64,000 bases of DNA from Spirochaetota bacterium. Lineage in GTDB: Bacteria > Spirochaetota > UBA4802 > JAFGDQ01. A model generated the notes under the pieces. The model worked only from the letters and a program-made list of their open reading frames with translations, searched no databases and was not told the DNA's origin. The position numbers and the translations under genes are program-made. Below, piece after piece: positions 7,720 to 18,198 of this stretch. The stretch lies in contig JAZDKB010000006.1 in the NCBI GenBank assembly GCA_043803405.1, forward strand, positions 64,001 through 128,000, given 5' to 3'. The stretch's first letter is position 1; each line of letters opens with the position of its first letter.

Positions 7720-9810
7720 TTATACTTTAAAGAAGTTAACCTTTGCTTTTAAGGCATCAGCCGAACCAGATATTTCTTCGGACATCCCTGCCATCTCCTC
7801 TGCACCTGCCGCTATTGACTGAGTCATTTCATTTATGTTCGCAGTTGCCCGCACAATTTCTTCTGTAGATTTAAGATGCTCGAAAGTTGCGTTCTTGATT
7901 GTGTCCGTTTTTTCTTTTACAACATCGGACAATGCATTCATTTTATCCTTGGCTTCAAGCTGGTTAATCATAAAACCTTTCATGGAATTCATCATGGAAG
8001 ATATTGATTCGACACTTTTTATTATGCCTCCGATTGTTCTGCTTGTTTCATCGGAAATCTCTATTCCCCTGACAATTTCCGAATTGTTTAATTTAATGAG
8101 CTGGTCAATCTCCTTAATGCTCCCTGCTGTTCCGTCGGCGAGTTTGGATATTTCCTGGGCAACAACTGCAAAGCCGCGTCCGGCCTCTCCTGCGCGGGCG
8201 GATTCAATAGCGGCGTTAAGAGAGAGAAGGTTGATTTTATCCGAAATATCCGTGATGATCTGAATGATGCTGCTCACCTTTGCCGAGCTATCATTAATTT
8301 TATTCATGCTTGCATTCATTGATAGAATTGATGCTTCACCAGTTTTTGCGCTTTGAGACATTGCGCTTGTGAGCTCATGGGATTTTCTTATATTTGCTTC
8401 CATAGTGTTAATTAAACCCGAAAGATCGGACATTTTTTCAACCATAGCTGAAAGGTTTTCATGCTGTGTTTGTGTTATTTCATTGATGAATTCCATTCCG
8501 GCGGAGAGCTCTTCCGTTGTGGCATTAACTTCTTCCACCGAAGCTGCCTGTGTCTGGGAACTTTCGGAAAACGACTTCGTGTTTGAATATAGCTGAGCGG
8601 ACATCCTGGTCATCTCCCCTGACACATTCATAATATCACTGATTACATCGCGTATTTTCTTAACGAATTTGTTGAAGTTCCCGGCAAGCGTGCCCAGTTC
8701 ATCATTTGACTCAATATCGATAGTAATTGTAAGGTCTCCTTCTCCTTCGGAGAGATCCTTTACAACATCGTTAAGCTTGTTGAAACGTACCATAATCAAT
8801 TTTTTTACAGCGAAATAAAGAACAATAAGTATTACAATACTGCAAAGAAAAAATCCTGCGAATAAATAGTTGCGCATTACCAGGCCATCGGAAATAAGTT
8901 CACGTTCCATAGCGCTTGATGCAATGATCCAGTTCCATTCATCATAGTAACTGAAGACCGCATATTTTATACCTGTTCCGCGTTCATCAGTCCAGTCGTA
9001 TTTTATCATTCCGTTCATTTCACGAAGCATGGTTTTAATAAATTCATTCCCGTCTTTATCTTTAAGATACGAAATGTCTTTATTTTCCAGCTTATCCGAT
9101 TTATGAACTACAGCTTTGCCCCTGTCTTCGCTTTTGTTGCCTTCGATAATGTAAACATAGCCGGTCTTTGCTACGGTTATGGACCGTATCTTGTTTTTTA
9201 AATTTTTTATTCCTTCGGTAAAATCGAGGCCGATAAAGTGAATGCCGGTTACCCTGTCGCCGTCCTTGACGGGCTCATAATGCGTCATGTAATTGCGGCC
9301 GAACAGTACAGCCGGTCCTGTATAGCTTTCCCCTGCCAGAACTTTTTTGTAGCCAGGATGATTCTTGTCAAGAAGAGTCCCCACAGCCCTAGTTCCGTCC
9401 TGCTTCCTTAGAGATGTGCTTGCGCGCCTGAAATCGTCACCTTCTCTGATAAAGAGTGTAGCCACAGCTCCGGTAATCCTGGTGAAACGGTCTATGTTGT
9501 CCTGCGAAATGTTCTGGTTCTTTCTTCCGTTATTACTGTAATTAATTAACACATTTGCAAGCGAAACAGCATGTTCTTTAAGTTTAAGATTGTAAACATC
9601 GATCATTTCAATGATGCGTTTATTCAGATCGGTCATTTCATTAGTGCTTTGTTCCGTAAACCTGCTTTTAATCAGCTGACCGGCGATCAAAGCCAGTACT
9701 AATAGAACAATAATAATTACAACGGCCTGAAAAATTATAAGTTTGCTTCCAAGCTTTAATGTGCTGTTATGAAAAAAATTTTTCATGATGGTACTTTCCA
9801 TAGGTAACAA
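7720..9810 (-). CDS. Methyl-accepting chemotaxis protein (Cache sensors, HAMP); start may be a few codons downstream
   Basis: [29 protein letters not shown] signalling hairpin; 2 TM helices; RAVGT Cache_3/Cache_2 motif. Confidence 0.95.
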   Translation of the reverse strand: MLPMESTIMKNFFHNSTLKLGSKLIIFQAVVIIIVLLVLALIAGQLIKSRFTEQSTNEMTDLNKRIIEMIDVYNLKLKEHAVSLANVLINYSNNGRKNQNISQDNIDRFTRITGAVATLFIREGDDFRRASTSLRKQDGTRAVGTLLDKNHPGYKKVLAGESYTGPAVLFGRNYMTHYEPVKDGDRVTGIHFIGLDFTEGIKNLKNKIRSITVAKTGYVYIIEGNKSEDRGKAVVHKSDKLENKDISYLKDKDGNEFIKTMLREMNGMIKYDWTDERGTGIKYAVFSYYDEWNWIIASSAMERELISDGLVMRNYLFAGFFLCSIVILIVLYFAVKKLIMVRFNKLNDVVKDLSEGEGDLTITIDIESNDELGTLAGNFNKFVKKIRDVISDIMNVSGEMTRMSAQLYSNTKSFSESSQTQAASVEEVNATTEELSAGMEFINEITQTQHENLSAMVEKMSDLSGLINTMEANIRKSHELTSAMSQSAKTGEASILSMNASMNKINDSSAKVSSIIQIITDISDKINLLSLNAAIESARAGEAGRGFAVVAQEISKLADGTAGSIKEIDQLIKLNNSEIVRGIEISDETSRTIGGIIKSVESISSMMNSMKGFMINQLEAKDKMNALSDVVKEKTDTIKNATFEHLKSTEEIVRATANINEMTQSIAAGAEEMAGMSEEISGSADALKAKVNFFKV

Positions 9811-10168
9811 AAAGTTTTAACGGATATCGAAAATAGTATTTGTTTGCTACAGTAATTTTTGCTAAATAACGGGCTGCAGATCACGATTCGATTATTTGAT
9901 TTATAATTCTAGTATATTCTTCACGGCAGGTCAATATACATTTTTTATTTTAAAAATAAAAAGTTATCTTGTTCTGTTTTCCATTTCAACGTAATATAAT
10001 AATTTTAAAACTATTATGTTTGATAATTATCGATAGTACATCAAAAAAATTTAACAATTTCTGTTTGCAAATTATGATCTTCAATGTAAAAATATAGGAA
10101 ACAATATAGTTCTGTCATCGGGAAACGAAACGGAATTATATTGGAAAAATAAGTAAAAGGAGATCATT

Positions 10169-10720
10169 ATGAGCAAATACGAAATCGCTGTTATTGTTGG
10201 GAGCCTTCGTAAGGATTCATTTAACCGTAAACTGGCAAATGCTATTGTAAAGCTTGCGCCGTCCGACTTCTCTTTTAACCAGGTAAAAATCAGTGATTTA
10301 CCGCTTTACAATCAGGATGATGATGCTAATCAGGCCGAGGTTGTCAAACGATTAAAGGACGAGATTAAAAGATCAAATGGCCTTTTGTTTCTTACTCCGG
10401 AATATAACCGTTCGATTCCGGGAGTACTTAAGAATGCAATCGACCATGCTTCGCGACCTTACGGCCAAAGCGCCTGGGCCGGAAAACCGGCCGGTATCAT
10501 AGGCGTTTCAATCGGTGCCATTGGTACAGCGGTTGCGCAACAGCATTTGCGCGGTATTCTTGCGTACCTGGACATTCCAACCCTTGGACAACCGGAAGCA
10601 TTCATCCAGGCGAAAGACGGACTCTTTGACGATGCAGGCAATATCGGGCTGGACAGTAAACAATTTTTTCAAAACTGGATGAGTAAATATATAGCGTGGA
10701 TAAAAAAGCACGCTGCATAA
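10169..10720 (+). CDS. NADPH-dependent FMN reductase (ChrR/YieF-like)
   Basis: GSLRKDSFN and TPEYNRSIPGVLKNAIDHASRPYG motifs. Confidence 0.93.
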   Translation: MSKYEIAVIVGSLRKDSFNRKLANAIVKLAPSDFSFNQVKISDLPLYNQDDDANQAEVVKRLKDEIKRSNGLLFLTPEYNRSIPGVLKNAIDHASRPYGQSAWAGKPAGIIGVSIGAIGTAVAQQHLRGILAYLDIPTLGQPEAFIQAKDGLFDDAGNIGLDSKQFFQNWMSKYIAWIKKHAA

Positions 10721-10910
10721 TCAGAGTGAAAAACTGCACCCCGTCAGTCAGCGGTAAATTTTATCAGGACACAACCTTATCTTCCTTATGCATTGAAACT
10801 TAAAATACTTTTACCGGAAGTAATTCACTTGAAACTTAATCCTGCGTTTACTTAAGTACGTTATTAATATTACAGAAAAATTCAGCCGATATAAGAAAGG
10901 ATATTATTAC

Positions 10911-11663
10911 ATGAGTAAATCAATACAGCAAAAGATAATCGATTTTTTAAAGCCTTCTGCCGAAGGGCTTGCAGTAACAGATGTGCGCGTTGGCCTTGGG
11001 TACACAAGCGTGCGTTTAGATAACGGCAGCATAGGGATTGCGTGGACGGCGGACAGCCAGTCAGGGAGCTGCACGCACGAAGCCAGGGCAGGGACGCTCG
11101 CAGGCAGGCCTGCACCAGAACTCCTTGAAATGCTGGGAGGCCTCCGCAGCCCTCTTTCAAGGAGTATCGGCCTTGCAACTGCCAATGCCCTCGCAGCAGG
11201 CCTTCCGCGTCCGGAGACGACTTCGGTCGATGTCCTGGAACTTGTTAATATACAGGCTGCCGACCATGTAGTAATGGTGGGCTTTTTTGGGCCGCTTATA
11301 CCGAAGATTCGCGCGACTGACTGCCGCCTGGACATTCTGGAGCTGAAAAGCGGCAAACCGGGCACCATAACTCCGGAGGAGGGACGCACGTCGCTTGCAG
11401 TTTGCAGTGTCGCAATAATAACGGCAACCAGCATTGTAACCGGCACTATGGACGAGCTTTTAGCCGGTCTGGGCAAACCGCGCGCTGTAGTTTTACTGGG
11501 GCCGTCAACTTTCATACGGCCGGAGGTTTTTGCAGGAACACTGGTTACACATATAGCAGGAGCAAGGATACGCAATGCTGAAGCTGTAGTGAAGATTGTC
11601 TCCGAAGGCGGCGGCACAATGATACTTCGGCAGTATATGGACTTTGAAACAGTATGTCTTTGA
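10911..11663 (+). CDS. DUF364/DUF4213 Rossmann-like (putative metal-chelation) protein
   Basis: DVRVGLGYTSV, SIGLATANAL, VVMVGFFGP, ITATSIVTGTMDELL, LLGPST motifs. Confidence 0.8.
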   Translation: MSKSIQQKIIDFLKPSAEGLAVTDVRVGLGYTSVRLDNGSIGIAWTADSQSGSCTHEARAGTLAGRPAPELLEMLGGLRSPLSRSIGLATANALAAGLPRPETTSVDVLELVNIQAADHVVMVGFFGPLIPKIRATDCRLDILELKSGKPGTITPEEGRTSLAVCSVAIITATSIVTGTMDELLAGLGKPRAVVLLGPSTFIRPEVFAGTLVTHIAGARIRNAEAVVKIVSEGGGTMILRQYMDFETVCL

Positions 11664-11709
11664 TGATAAGACAAGAAATGGCAGGAATAGCCTGGAATGG
11701 GGTTGTTTT

Positions 11710-11756
11710 AAAATATGCCACAGAGATACACACTTTGTGCCTCTGTGGCATATTTT
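11710..11756. terminator. Long hairpin, probable bidirectional terminator
   Basis: Perfect 16-bp IR aaaatatgccacagag/ctctgtggcatatttt between convergent genes. Confidence 0.7.
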
Positions 11757-11800
11757 TCATTACAAGACGGTCCCTGGACGCGCTTTATAAAAAATTTTTT

Positions 11801-12274
11801 TTAAATAATTGAGAAGTCGACCCTTCTGTTTTTATTTCTTCCGTCCGGGGTTTTATTGTCCGCAATCGGTAATGTGTCGCCGAAACCTTTGGCAGTCAGC
11901 CTGGCAGCGGGCAGTTTACCTTCCGTTACGAGCCACTTAACGACAGCTTCCGCTCTTTTCTGAGACAGGTTAAGATTTGCTTTTGCATTGCCTACATTAT
12001 CAGTATGGCCTTCGACCTGTACTTTAAAATTACCCGGATAATTATTTACAATGTTTACAATTGCATCAAGTGTCTTCCTGCATTTTTCAACATCTATAAC
12101 TGCGCTTCCTGTCTTAAATATAATCGGGCCCTTTTCGTTCTGGACATTTTTCAGCTTTGCCGTAAGCTGTTTTTTTGACTCATCCTTTGCGCCCGATTTG
12201 ACGGACTTTAAATCGAGAGCATAAAGCCCTGAGCCGGCAAAAAGGATAATCAATACTGTTAACAATTTTTTCAT
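11801..12274 (-). CDS. OmpA-family peptidoglycan-binding protein
   Basis: Signal peptide; VEGHTDNVG...NLNLSQKRAEAV...GFGDTLP...NRRVDF. Confidence 0.92.
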   Translation of the reverse strand: MKKLLTVLIILFAGSGLYALDLKSVKSGAKDESKKQLTAKLKNVQNEKGPIIFKTGSAVIDVEKCRKTLDAIVNIVNNYPGNFKVQVEGHTDNVGNAKANLNLSQKRAEAVVKWLVTEGKLPAARLTAKGFGDTLPIADNKTPDGRNKNRRVDFSII

Positions 12275-12451
12275 CAGAGTTTCTCCTTGTGTAAATTTTA
12301 ATTTTTTTATTTTAATAAAAAAACTAAAATTGTCAATAAAATTTAAAGATAAGAACCGGAACCGGATTTTTCTCAGTTTGAAAGCTGTGCTTTATTCTAT
12401 AAGATATTTACTTTCTATAATATGAACTATTGCTATACTATTTTAAGCATA

Positions 12452-12480
12452 TTGACAGTTAAATAACAATGATTTATACT
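12452..12480 (+). promoter_or_regulatory. Near-consensus sigma70 promoter of the diguanylate cyclase gene
   Basis: TTGACA-17 nt-TATACT. Confidence 0.65.
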
Positions 12481-12642
12481 GTTATCGTTTGGTAAGAAAA
12501 CTATACATTTTTTTTAATTTTAAAATAAATATTTTGACTTCATAAATATATAATATATATTCAAAAAGCTAGTTAGTTCCTGGTGAATCAACGGATTTTG
12601 TTTATTGACTTGCTGAGAAATGGGAAATGGAGCCTGTAATTA

Positions 12643-13704
12643 ATGGAATTATACAAAACAGAAAGCAATTCGGACTTATTGCAGAAGCTGGAGATCTGCG
12701 AAAGAAAGATATATGATCTGAATCAATTAATCGAGATTTGCAAAGGGTTAAACTCAACACTAATTGATTCCAGCAAACTGATTGATTCTATTCTGCTGAC
12801 GTGCATGGGACAAATGCAGCTTATAAAAGCAGGTATATTTCTTAAAAAGGACATAGGCCAGAATATATTTGTTCTCCACAGAAATTATAAAGGATTTGAA
12901 CTTTCACACTCAAAAGAATATGAGATTGACAGTGAGTCGGCGCTTGTCGTTTTTATGGAAAATAATTTTAAATGTTATGAATTATCCGAACTTGTTAAAA
13001 TATTTTCAAATGACCCTGCATTAAATACAATGAAACTTGTTAACCCCTGTCTCATCGTTCCGCTCAAAGGCAAGAATAAAATAAACGGAATAATTGTACT
13101 TGGCGAAAGAATCTGTAATAAGCCATTTACACAGGAAGAAAAAGAATATCTTATGCATATAGCATCACTCGCGGGCATTGCTATTCATAATGCGTATTTA
13201 TACGAAATAGCAACAACCGATATGATGACAAGACTGAAATCGCATCATTATTTCTATACATCATTAATTGAAGAGAAAGAAAAATCGGTTAAGAATAAAT
13301 CGCATCTCTCTCTGATAATGTTTGATATTGATCATTTTAAGGATTTTAACGATACTTTTGGACATATTTGCGGGGATATTGTTTTAAAGGAAGTCGGCCA
13401 AACGATTTTAGCAAAGATCAGGCGTATAGACATAGCTGCGCGGTATGGCGGAGAGGAATTCGCGCTGATATTGCCGGAAACCGGTATAGAAGAAGCATAT
13501 TTAATAGCCGAAAGAATAAGAACGAGCATTGAACAGCTAAAAATTGATTATGAAGGTAAAACAATGTATATTACCATATCCGGCGGAGTTACCGAATTGT
13601 TCCCTAAAATTGATATTGATTACATGACTTTTGTCGATAGAGCAGACAAAGCGCTTTATATATCAAAAGAAAACGGAAGGAACAGAACAACTATTCTGTC
13701 TTAG
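12643..13704 (+). CDS. GAF-GGDEF diguanylate cyclase
   Basis: DIDHFKDFNDTFGH...RRID (I-site)...YGGEEF; N-terminal GAF-like region. Confidence 0.93.
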   Translation: MELYKTESNSDLLQKLEICERKIYDLNQLIEICKGLNSTLIDSSKLIDSILLTCMGQMQLIKAGIFLKKDIGQNIFVLHRNYKGFELSHSKEYEIDSESALVVFMENNFKCYELSELVKIFSNDPALNTMKLVNPCLIVPLKGKNKINGIIVLGERICNKPFTQEEKEYLMHIASLAGIAIHNAYLYEIATTDMMTRLKSHHYFYTSLIEEKEKSVKNKSHLSLIMFDIDHFKDFNDTFGHICGDIVLKEVGQTILAKIRRIDIAARYGGEEFALILPETGIEEAYLIAERIRTSIEQLKIDYEGKTMYITISGGVTELFPKIDIDYMTFVDRADKALYISKENGRNRTTILS

Positions 13705-13810
13705 AAAATGCCTAAAATATCCGATAATTTATCTAAAATTCCTTGATTTTTTTTTATTATAATATATTACTTTAACGGCCAATTTTTAATAATATCACTT
13801 TGAATATGTA

Positions 13811-14407
13811 ATGGGGTTTTATATGAAACCACGAGAAGACAAATATAAAAGGATTTTTTCACACAATTTTAAAATCCGGCCATACGGAATTATTTCGTTT
13901 TGCCTGTTAATAACTTTTACATTGCATTTTTGTATTTTACCTTCTGTTTCTGCATTAACAGTTGAAGAGCAGGCAGGTAAAAAAGCAGCGGATACAACTG
14001 CCATAACAGAGGATGAATTTGTAAGGAAAACGCAGGCCAGAAGGGGATACAACACCAATGCCGAACAAAAAGATCCCAGGCTTGCATGTCTTTTATCCCT
14101 GGTTGTCCCCGGCGGAGGCCAGATATATTTAAAAAAGGATTTAAAGGGTATTGCTTTCTTTTCTTTAACTGTTGCAGGATATTCTGCTGCCGGTTTCTAT
14201 CTGTATAAAGCGATTAATAATGATTATTCGGGTTCCGAGAAAAAGTCTAAAATCGTTATATCCGGATTATTTTTTCTTGTCGGCATAATATTCCATACTG
14301 TTGGGATTGTTGAAGCATACAATGATGCCATTGAAATCAACGAAAAAAGTTTTTATTATGGCGGGTATTCGAAATTTCCTTATATAGCAGGACTGGAATT
14401 GAAATAA
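13811..14407 (+). CDS. Hypothetical membrane protein (TM2/DUF5683-like)
   Basis: KDPRLACLLSLVVPGGGQIY motif followed by TM helices. Confidence 0.65.
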   Translation: MGFYMKPREDKYKRIFSHNFKIRPYGIISFCLLITFTLHFCILPSVSALTVEEQAGKKAADTTAITEDEFVRKTQARRGYNTNAEQKDPRLACLLSLVVPGGGQIYLKKDLKGIAFFSLTVAGYSAAGFYLYKAINNDYSGSEKKSKIVISGLFFLVGIIFHTVGIVEAYNDAIEINEKSFYYGGYSKFPYIAGLELK

Positions 14408-14642
14408 TCACACATTATCCGGAAATGCTTAATAGAACGCAAATATACACTGACTTAACCTTTTTTTATGCATTTCAATTTTTGGCACTATTCACCACTA
14501 AAAACAAATGTGATAGTGTTGTAGTTAAATGGCATAAAGTTATATGCCATTTGAATAAAAAGTTGAATTTATAATCTTAGCAGGCATAATATTTACTTGA
14601 CATGATTTACAGCATTGTATTTCTTTAACCAAAGTTTTTTTT

Positions 14643-14716
14643 GGGCCCATAGCTCAGTCGGTTAGAGCGGCTGACTCATAATCAGTAGGTCCAAGGTTCA
14701 AGTCCTTGTGGGCCCA
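14643..14716 (+). tRNA. tRNA with CAT anticodon, probably tRNA-Ile2 (lysidine)
   Basis: Cloverleaf GGGCCCA...TGGGCCC-A; anticodon loop CTCATAA; GGTTCAAGTCC T-arm; CCA not encoded. Confidence 0.9.
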
Positions 14717-14792
14717 AGCTAATAATAGCTTGCTTAATTTTTAAACAGTCAATATTTTAAATTGAAAATATATTTTTAAGGATAAATATACA

Positions 14793-15104
14793 ATGTACGC
14801 AATTATTGAAATCGGTGGAAAGCAATACAGGGTCGAAAAGGATCTTACTATCAATGTGGATAAAGTTGAGGATCAGAACGAAACTGTAACCTTAAATAAA
14901 GTGCTTATGTATGCAGATGGCGAAAAAGTAATTCTCGGACAGCCCTATTTAAGCAATGTTAAAATAACTGCAAAGAATTTAGGCGTTGTAAAAGGAGAAA
15001 AAGTCCGCGGCATCAAATTCAAGAAAAGAAAAAATTACACCAGGACTCTGGGACATCGTCAGCAGTATCTGCAATTAAAGATAAATGATTTGTCAGTAAG
15101 CTGA
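14793..15104 (+). CDS. rplU: 50S ribosomal protein L21
   Basis: MYAIIEIGGKQYRV...GHRQQY. Confidence 0.97.
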   Translation: MYAIIEIGGKQYRVEKDLTINVDKVEDQNETVTLNKVLMYADGEKVILGQPYLSNVKITAKNLGVVKGEKVRGIKFKKRKNYTRTLGHRQQYLQLKINDLSVS

Positions 15105-15109
15105 TGTAA

Positions 15110-15475
15110 GTGATTGAAATATATTTAAGCAATTTAATTCACAACGGAAGAGGCGTTAAAGCAGGAAGCGGGAAAGAGATAAAAATTAAAGTAACAGGAC
15201 ATGCCGGGTTCGGCAAAACGGGTACCGACATTGTCTGCGCTGCTGTTTCCGCTGTTGTACAGACCTCTGTGATATCCATAACAAAAGTTGCAAGAGTTCG
15301 GCAGAAAATAAGACAAAAGCAGGGCTTTTTAGAATCCGTAATAAATATCAGCAGGCTGGATGAGGCTGATTTAAATAATTTAATTTTGATTATCAATACC
15401 ATGCTGACAGGCCTGGAAGAGATATTAACAGAGCATCCTGAAGCGTTAATTATTAATTTTGAAAGAAGAGGTTAG
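15110..15475 (+). CDS. prp: Ribosomal-processing cysteine protease Prp (YsxB)
   Basis: GHA and DIVCAAVS catalytic motifs; located between rplU and rpmA. Confidence 0.9.
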   Translation: MIEIYLSNLIHNGRGVKAGSGKEIKIKVTGHAGFGKTGTDIVCAAVSAVVQTSVISITKVARVRQKIRQKQGFLESVINISRLDEADLNNLILIINTMLTGLEEILTEHPEALIINFERRG

Positions 15476-15477
15476 AA

Positions 15478-15735
15478 ATGGCACATAAAAAAGGCGCCGG
15501 GTCCACAAGAAACGGCAGGGACTCAAATTCCCAGAGGCTGGGCGTTAAAAGATTTGGTGGCGAGCATGTAAAGGGCGGTACAATTATTGTCCGTCAGCGC
15601 GGCACCAGGATTCACCCAGGTAAAAATGTCGGCTTAGGAAGAGATGATACGCTTTTTGCGAAAATAGACGGTGTAGTTACTTTTGAACGTTTGGACAAAA
15701 CCAGGAAGAAGGTATCGATTTATCCCTCAGTATAA
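15478..15735 (+). CDS. rpmA: 50S ribosomal protein L27 (short form)
   Basis: [16 protein letters not shown]. Confidence 0.98.
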   Translation: MAHKKGAGSTRNGRDSNSQRLGVKRFGGEHVKGGTIIVRQRGTRIHPGKNVGLGRDDTLFAKIDGVVTFERLDKTRKKVSIYPSV

Positions 15736-15841
15736 TTTATAATTTATTCATTAAATATTGAATATATATATACAATAAGGATAAAGGCTGATTGAAATTA
15801 TTGTAAAAAGCCTGACATTCTTTTAACAAGTATAATAATAC

Positions 15842-15885
15842 AGGAGATCGCGTAGAGATTCATTCTTTTACGCGATTTCTTTTTT
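15842..15885 (+). terminator. Intrinsic terminator after rpmA
   Basis: aggagatcgcgtagag / cttttacgcgatttct hairpin followed by a T-run. Confidence 0.6.
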
Positions 15886-15905
15886 GTATTTAACAGGAAG
15901 GACAA

Positions 15906-16883
15906 TTGAGCAAATTTACGGATTCAATAACGATACACATTCAAAGCGGCAAAGGCGGCCCCGGCGCTATTTCCTTTAGACGGGAGAAGTATGTCGCTAA
16001 AGGCGGACCCGACGGTGGCGATGGAGGACGCGGCGGATCTGTTTTCCTTGAAGCTAACGCGTCTTATGTTAATTTGTCCCATCTGTTTAAAGACCGGATT
16101 TATAAAGCGGAAAGCGGCAGCCAGGGTATGGGACAGAACAAACACGGCCGCGACGGAAGCGATTTAATTATAAAAGTTCCGGCCGGAACCGAGGTGATCG
16201 ACGCTGAAACCGGCGAAGTTTTATGCGATTTACTTGAAGAAAACGAGAAAGTTGAGATTGCCAAAGGTGGCATAGGCGGGAAGGGAAACGAATATTTTAA
16301 AAGTTCCACGAACCAGACCCCAAGATTTTCCCAGCCGGGAATGGATGGTGTAAGTAAAACGCTGGCGCTTAATTTAAAGCTGATAGCCGATGTCGGGCTG
16401 GTCGGGCTCCCGAATTCAGGTAAGTCTACGCTCCTGTCCAAAGTCACGAACGCGACGCCAAAGATTGGCGATTATCCGTTTACTACGCTTATTCCGAATC
16501 TCGGGACCGTGCAGCGCAGCGACGGATCGTATTACAAAATTGCCGACATCCCGGGCATTATTGAAGGGGCGCATAAAGGCCTTGGGCTTGGGCTTTCTTT
16601 TCTAAGGCATATTGAAAGAGTGAAAGTAATCCTTTTCCTTATTGAATCGACAGAAGCGGATCCCGAGTATAATTTCAGACTATTACAGAATGAGCTGGCA
16701 ACTTATAATAAGGAGCTTGTAAATAAACCATATTATATTATTATATCAAAAGCCGATCTTTTATCCGAAAATGAAATAGCAGCAAAAATTGAGCTGTTAA
16801 ATAATAAAAACACTTTAGCAATATCCTCCTTAACCGGCTATAATATTAAAAAACTGATTGATATTATTGATGGGTTGCTTTAA
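15906..16883 (+). CDS. obgE: GTPase ObgE (TTG start)
   Basis: GGPDGGDGG, GLPNSGKST, DYPFTTL, DIPG motifs. Confidence 0.96.
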   Translation: MSKFTDSITIHIQSGKGGPGAISFRREKYVAKGGPDGGDGGRGGSVFLEANASYVNLSHLFKDRIYKAESGSQGMGQNKHGRDGSDLIIKVPAGTEVIDAETGEVLCDLLEENEKVEIAKGGIGGKGNEYFKSSTNQTPRFSQPGMDGVSKTLALNLKLIADVGLVGLPNSGKSTLLSKVTNATPKIGDYPFTTLIPNLGTVQRSDGSYYKIADIPGIIEGAHKGLGLGLSFLRHIERVKVILFLIESTEADPEYNFRLLQNELATYNKELVNKPYYIIISKADLLSENEIAAKIELLNNKNTLAISSLTGYNIKKLIDIIDGLL

Positions 16884-16929
16884 TTGTATTTGATTTAAAT
16901 ATTTTTTATAAAGGAATTCGGGAGTCGTT

Positions 16930-18117
16930 ATGCCAGGTAAAGATAAAAACAATTCCATATTTACACGATCGATACATGCGGGTGAAGACAGATGGCGGTA
17001 TGCGGACGCGATTACTACACCGATCGTGCAGTCTTCAACTTACACTTTTAAAGACAGCAAAGAGATCGAAGCTTATACCAAGAACGATAAAATAAGATTC
17101 GAATACGGGAGATACGGTAATCCTACTGAAAAGGTCGCGGAGAAGAGGCTGGCTGATCTGGAAGGCGCGGAGGACTCACTCATGTTCTCTTCCGGGATGA
17201 TGGCTATTACCACGACAATACTTGCGCTTGTGCAGAGCGGAGATCATATTGTAATTACCGACGATTGCTACGGCAAGACGCTGGAATTCTGCAGATCGTA
17301 TCTTAAGCGCTTTGGAATAGAATGTACGATAGTTCCATTTGGAAATTACGAACTTCTGGATTCTTCAATTAAGAAAAATACGCGTTTTATTTTTTCCGAG
17401 TCCCCTACAAATCCATATTTAAATGTTTTTGATCTTATAAAATTCAGTAAGATCGCTGATAAACATAAAGTGATAACGATTATTGACAGCACTTTTGCTA
17501 CCCCATATAATCAGAGGCCGCTGGAATACGGCATTGATCTTGTGATACACAGCGGAACAAAATATCTGGGCGGGCACAACGATATCCTTGCGGGGGTTCT
17601 TCTCGGTAAGAAAGAACTGGTAATTAAAGTAAGGGACTTGCATAAATCGATGGGCGGGGTTATTGATCCGCACTGCTGTTACCTGCTGCTCAGGGGCTTA
17701 AAGACATTTCCGTTAAGAGTTAAAACGCAAAACGAAAATACGCTCAGGATAGCGGAATATCTTGAGAAACATCCTAAAGTTGAAAAGACATATTATCCTT
17801 TTCTAAAAAGTCATCCCCATTACAACGTAGCCAAAGAACAGATGAAAGGCGGAGGCGGAGTTGTGACATTTACCATAAAAGGCGACCTTGATGCTTCTAA
17901 AAGATTTATGGATTCACTCGAAATGATCTATATAGCGCCAAGCCTTGGCGGCGTCGAAACTCTCATTACTCATCCTGCCACTGTGACATATTATAAATAT
18001 ACGCGTGATCAGAGATATGATCTGGGAATAGTTGATAATCTGTTCAGGCTGGCTGTAGGGCTTGAGGATCCGGACGATATTATCGCAGACCTCGAAAAAG
18101 GATTTGCCAGGGTATAA
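16930..18117 (+). CDS. PLP-dependent transsulfuration enzyme (cystathionine gamma-synthase-like)
   Basis: YGRYGNPT, FSESPTNP, HSGTKYLGGHND, SLGGVETLI motifs. Confidence 0.88.
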   Translation: MPGKDKNNSIFTRSIHAGEDRWRYADAITTPIVQSSTYTFKDSKEIEAYTKNDKIRFEYGRYGNPTEKVAEKRLADLEGAEDSLMFSSGMMAITTTILALVQSGDHIVITDDCYGKTLEFCRSYLKRFGIECTIVPFGNYELLDSSIKKNTRFIFSESPTNPYLNVFDLIKFSKIADKHKVITIIDSTFATPYNQRPLEYGIDLVIHSGTKYLGGHNDILAGVLLGKKELVIKVRDLHKSMGGVIDPHCCYLLLRGLKTFPLRVKTQNENTLRIAEYLEKHPKVEKTYYPFLKSHPHYNVAKEQMKGGGGVVTFTIKGDLDASKRFMDSLEMIYIAPSLGGVETLITHPATVTYYKYTRDQRYDLGIVDNLFRLAVGLEDPDDIIADLEKGFARV

Positions 18118-18130
18118 TGACCTCATTCTA

Positions 18131-18182
18131 AAACCTCACCCCGACCCCCTCTCCCAATGGGCGAAGGGGAGTTGTGAGGTTT
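18131..18182. repeat. CCTCACCCC/CCCTCTCCC-type palindromic repeat
   Basis: aaacctcac...gtgaggttt terminal IR; related to 19318-19408 and 37360-37636. Confidence 0.7.
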
Positions 18183-18198
18183 CGTTGGAGATAGTGTT

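Noticed and set aside
10907..11674. 255-aa antisense ORF
   Set aside because: Shadow of the GC-rich DUF364 gene; no recognisable motifs.
14527..14552. Sigma54 promoter at TGGCATAAAG
   Set aside because: No TTGC at -12; it is a 10-bp inverted repeat (aaatggcata/tatgccattt), more likely a terminator or operator.
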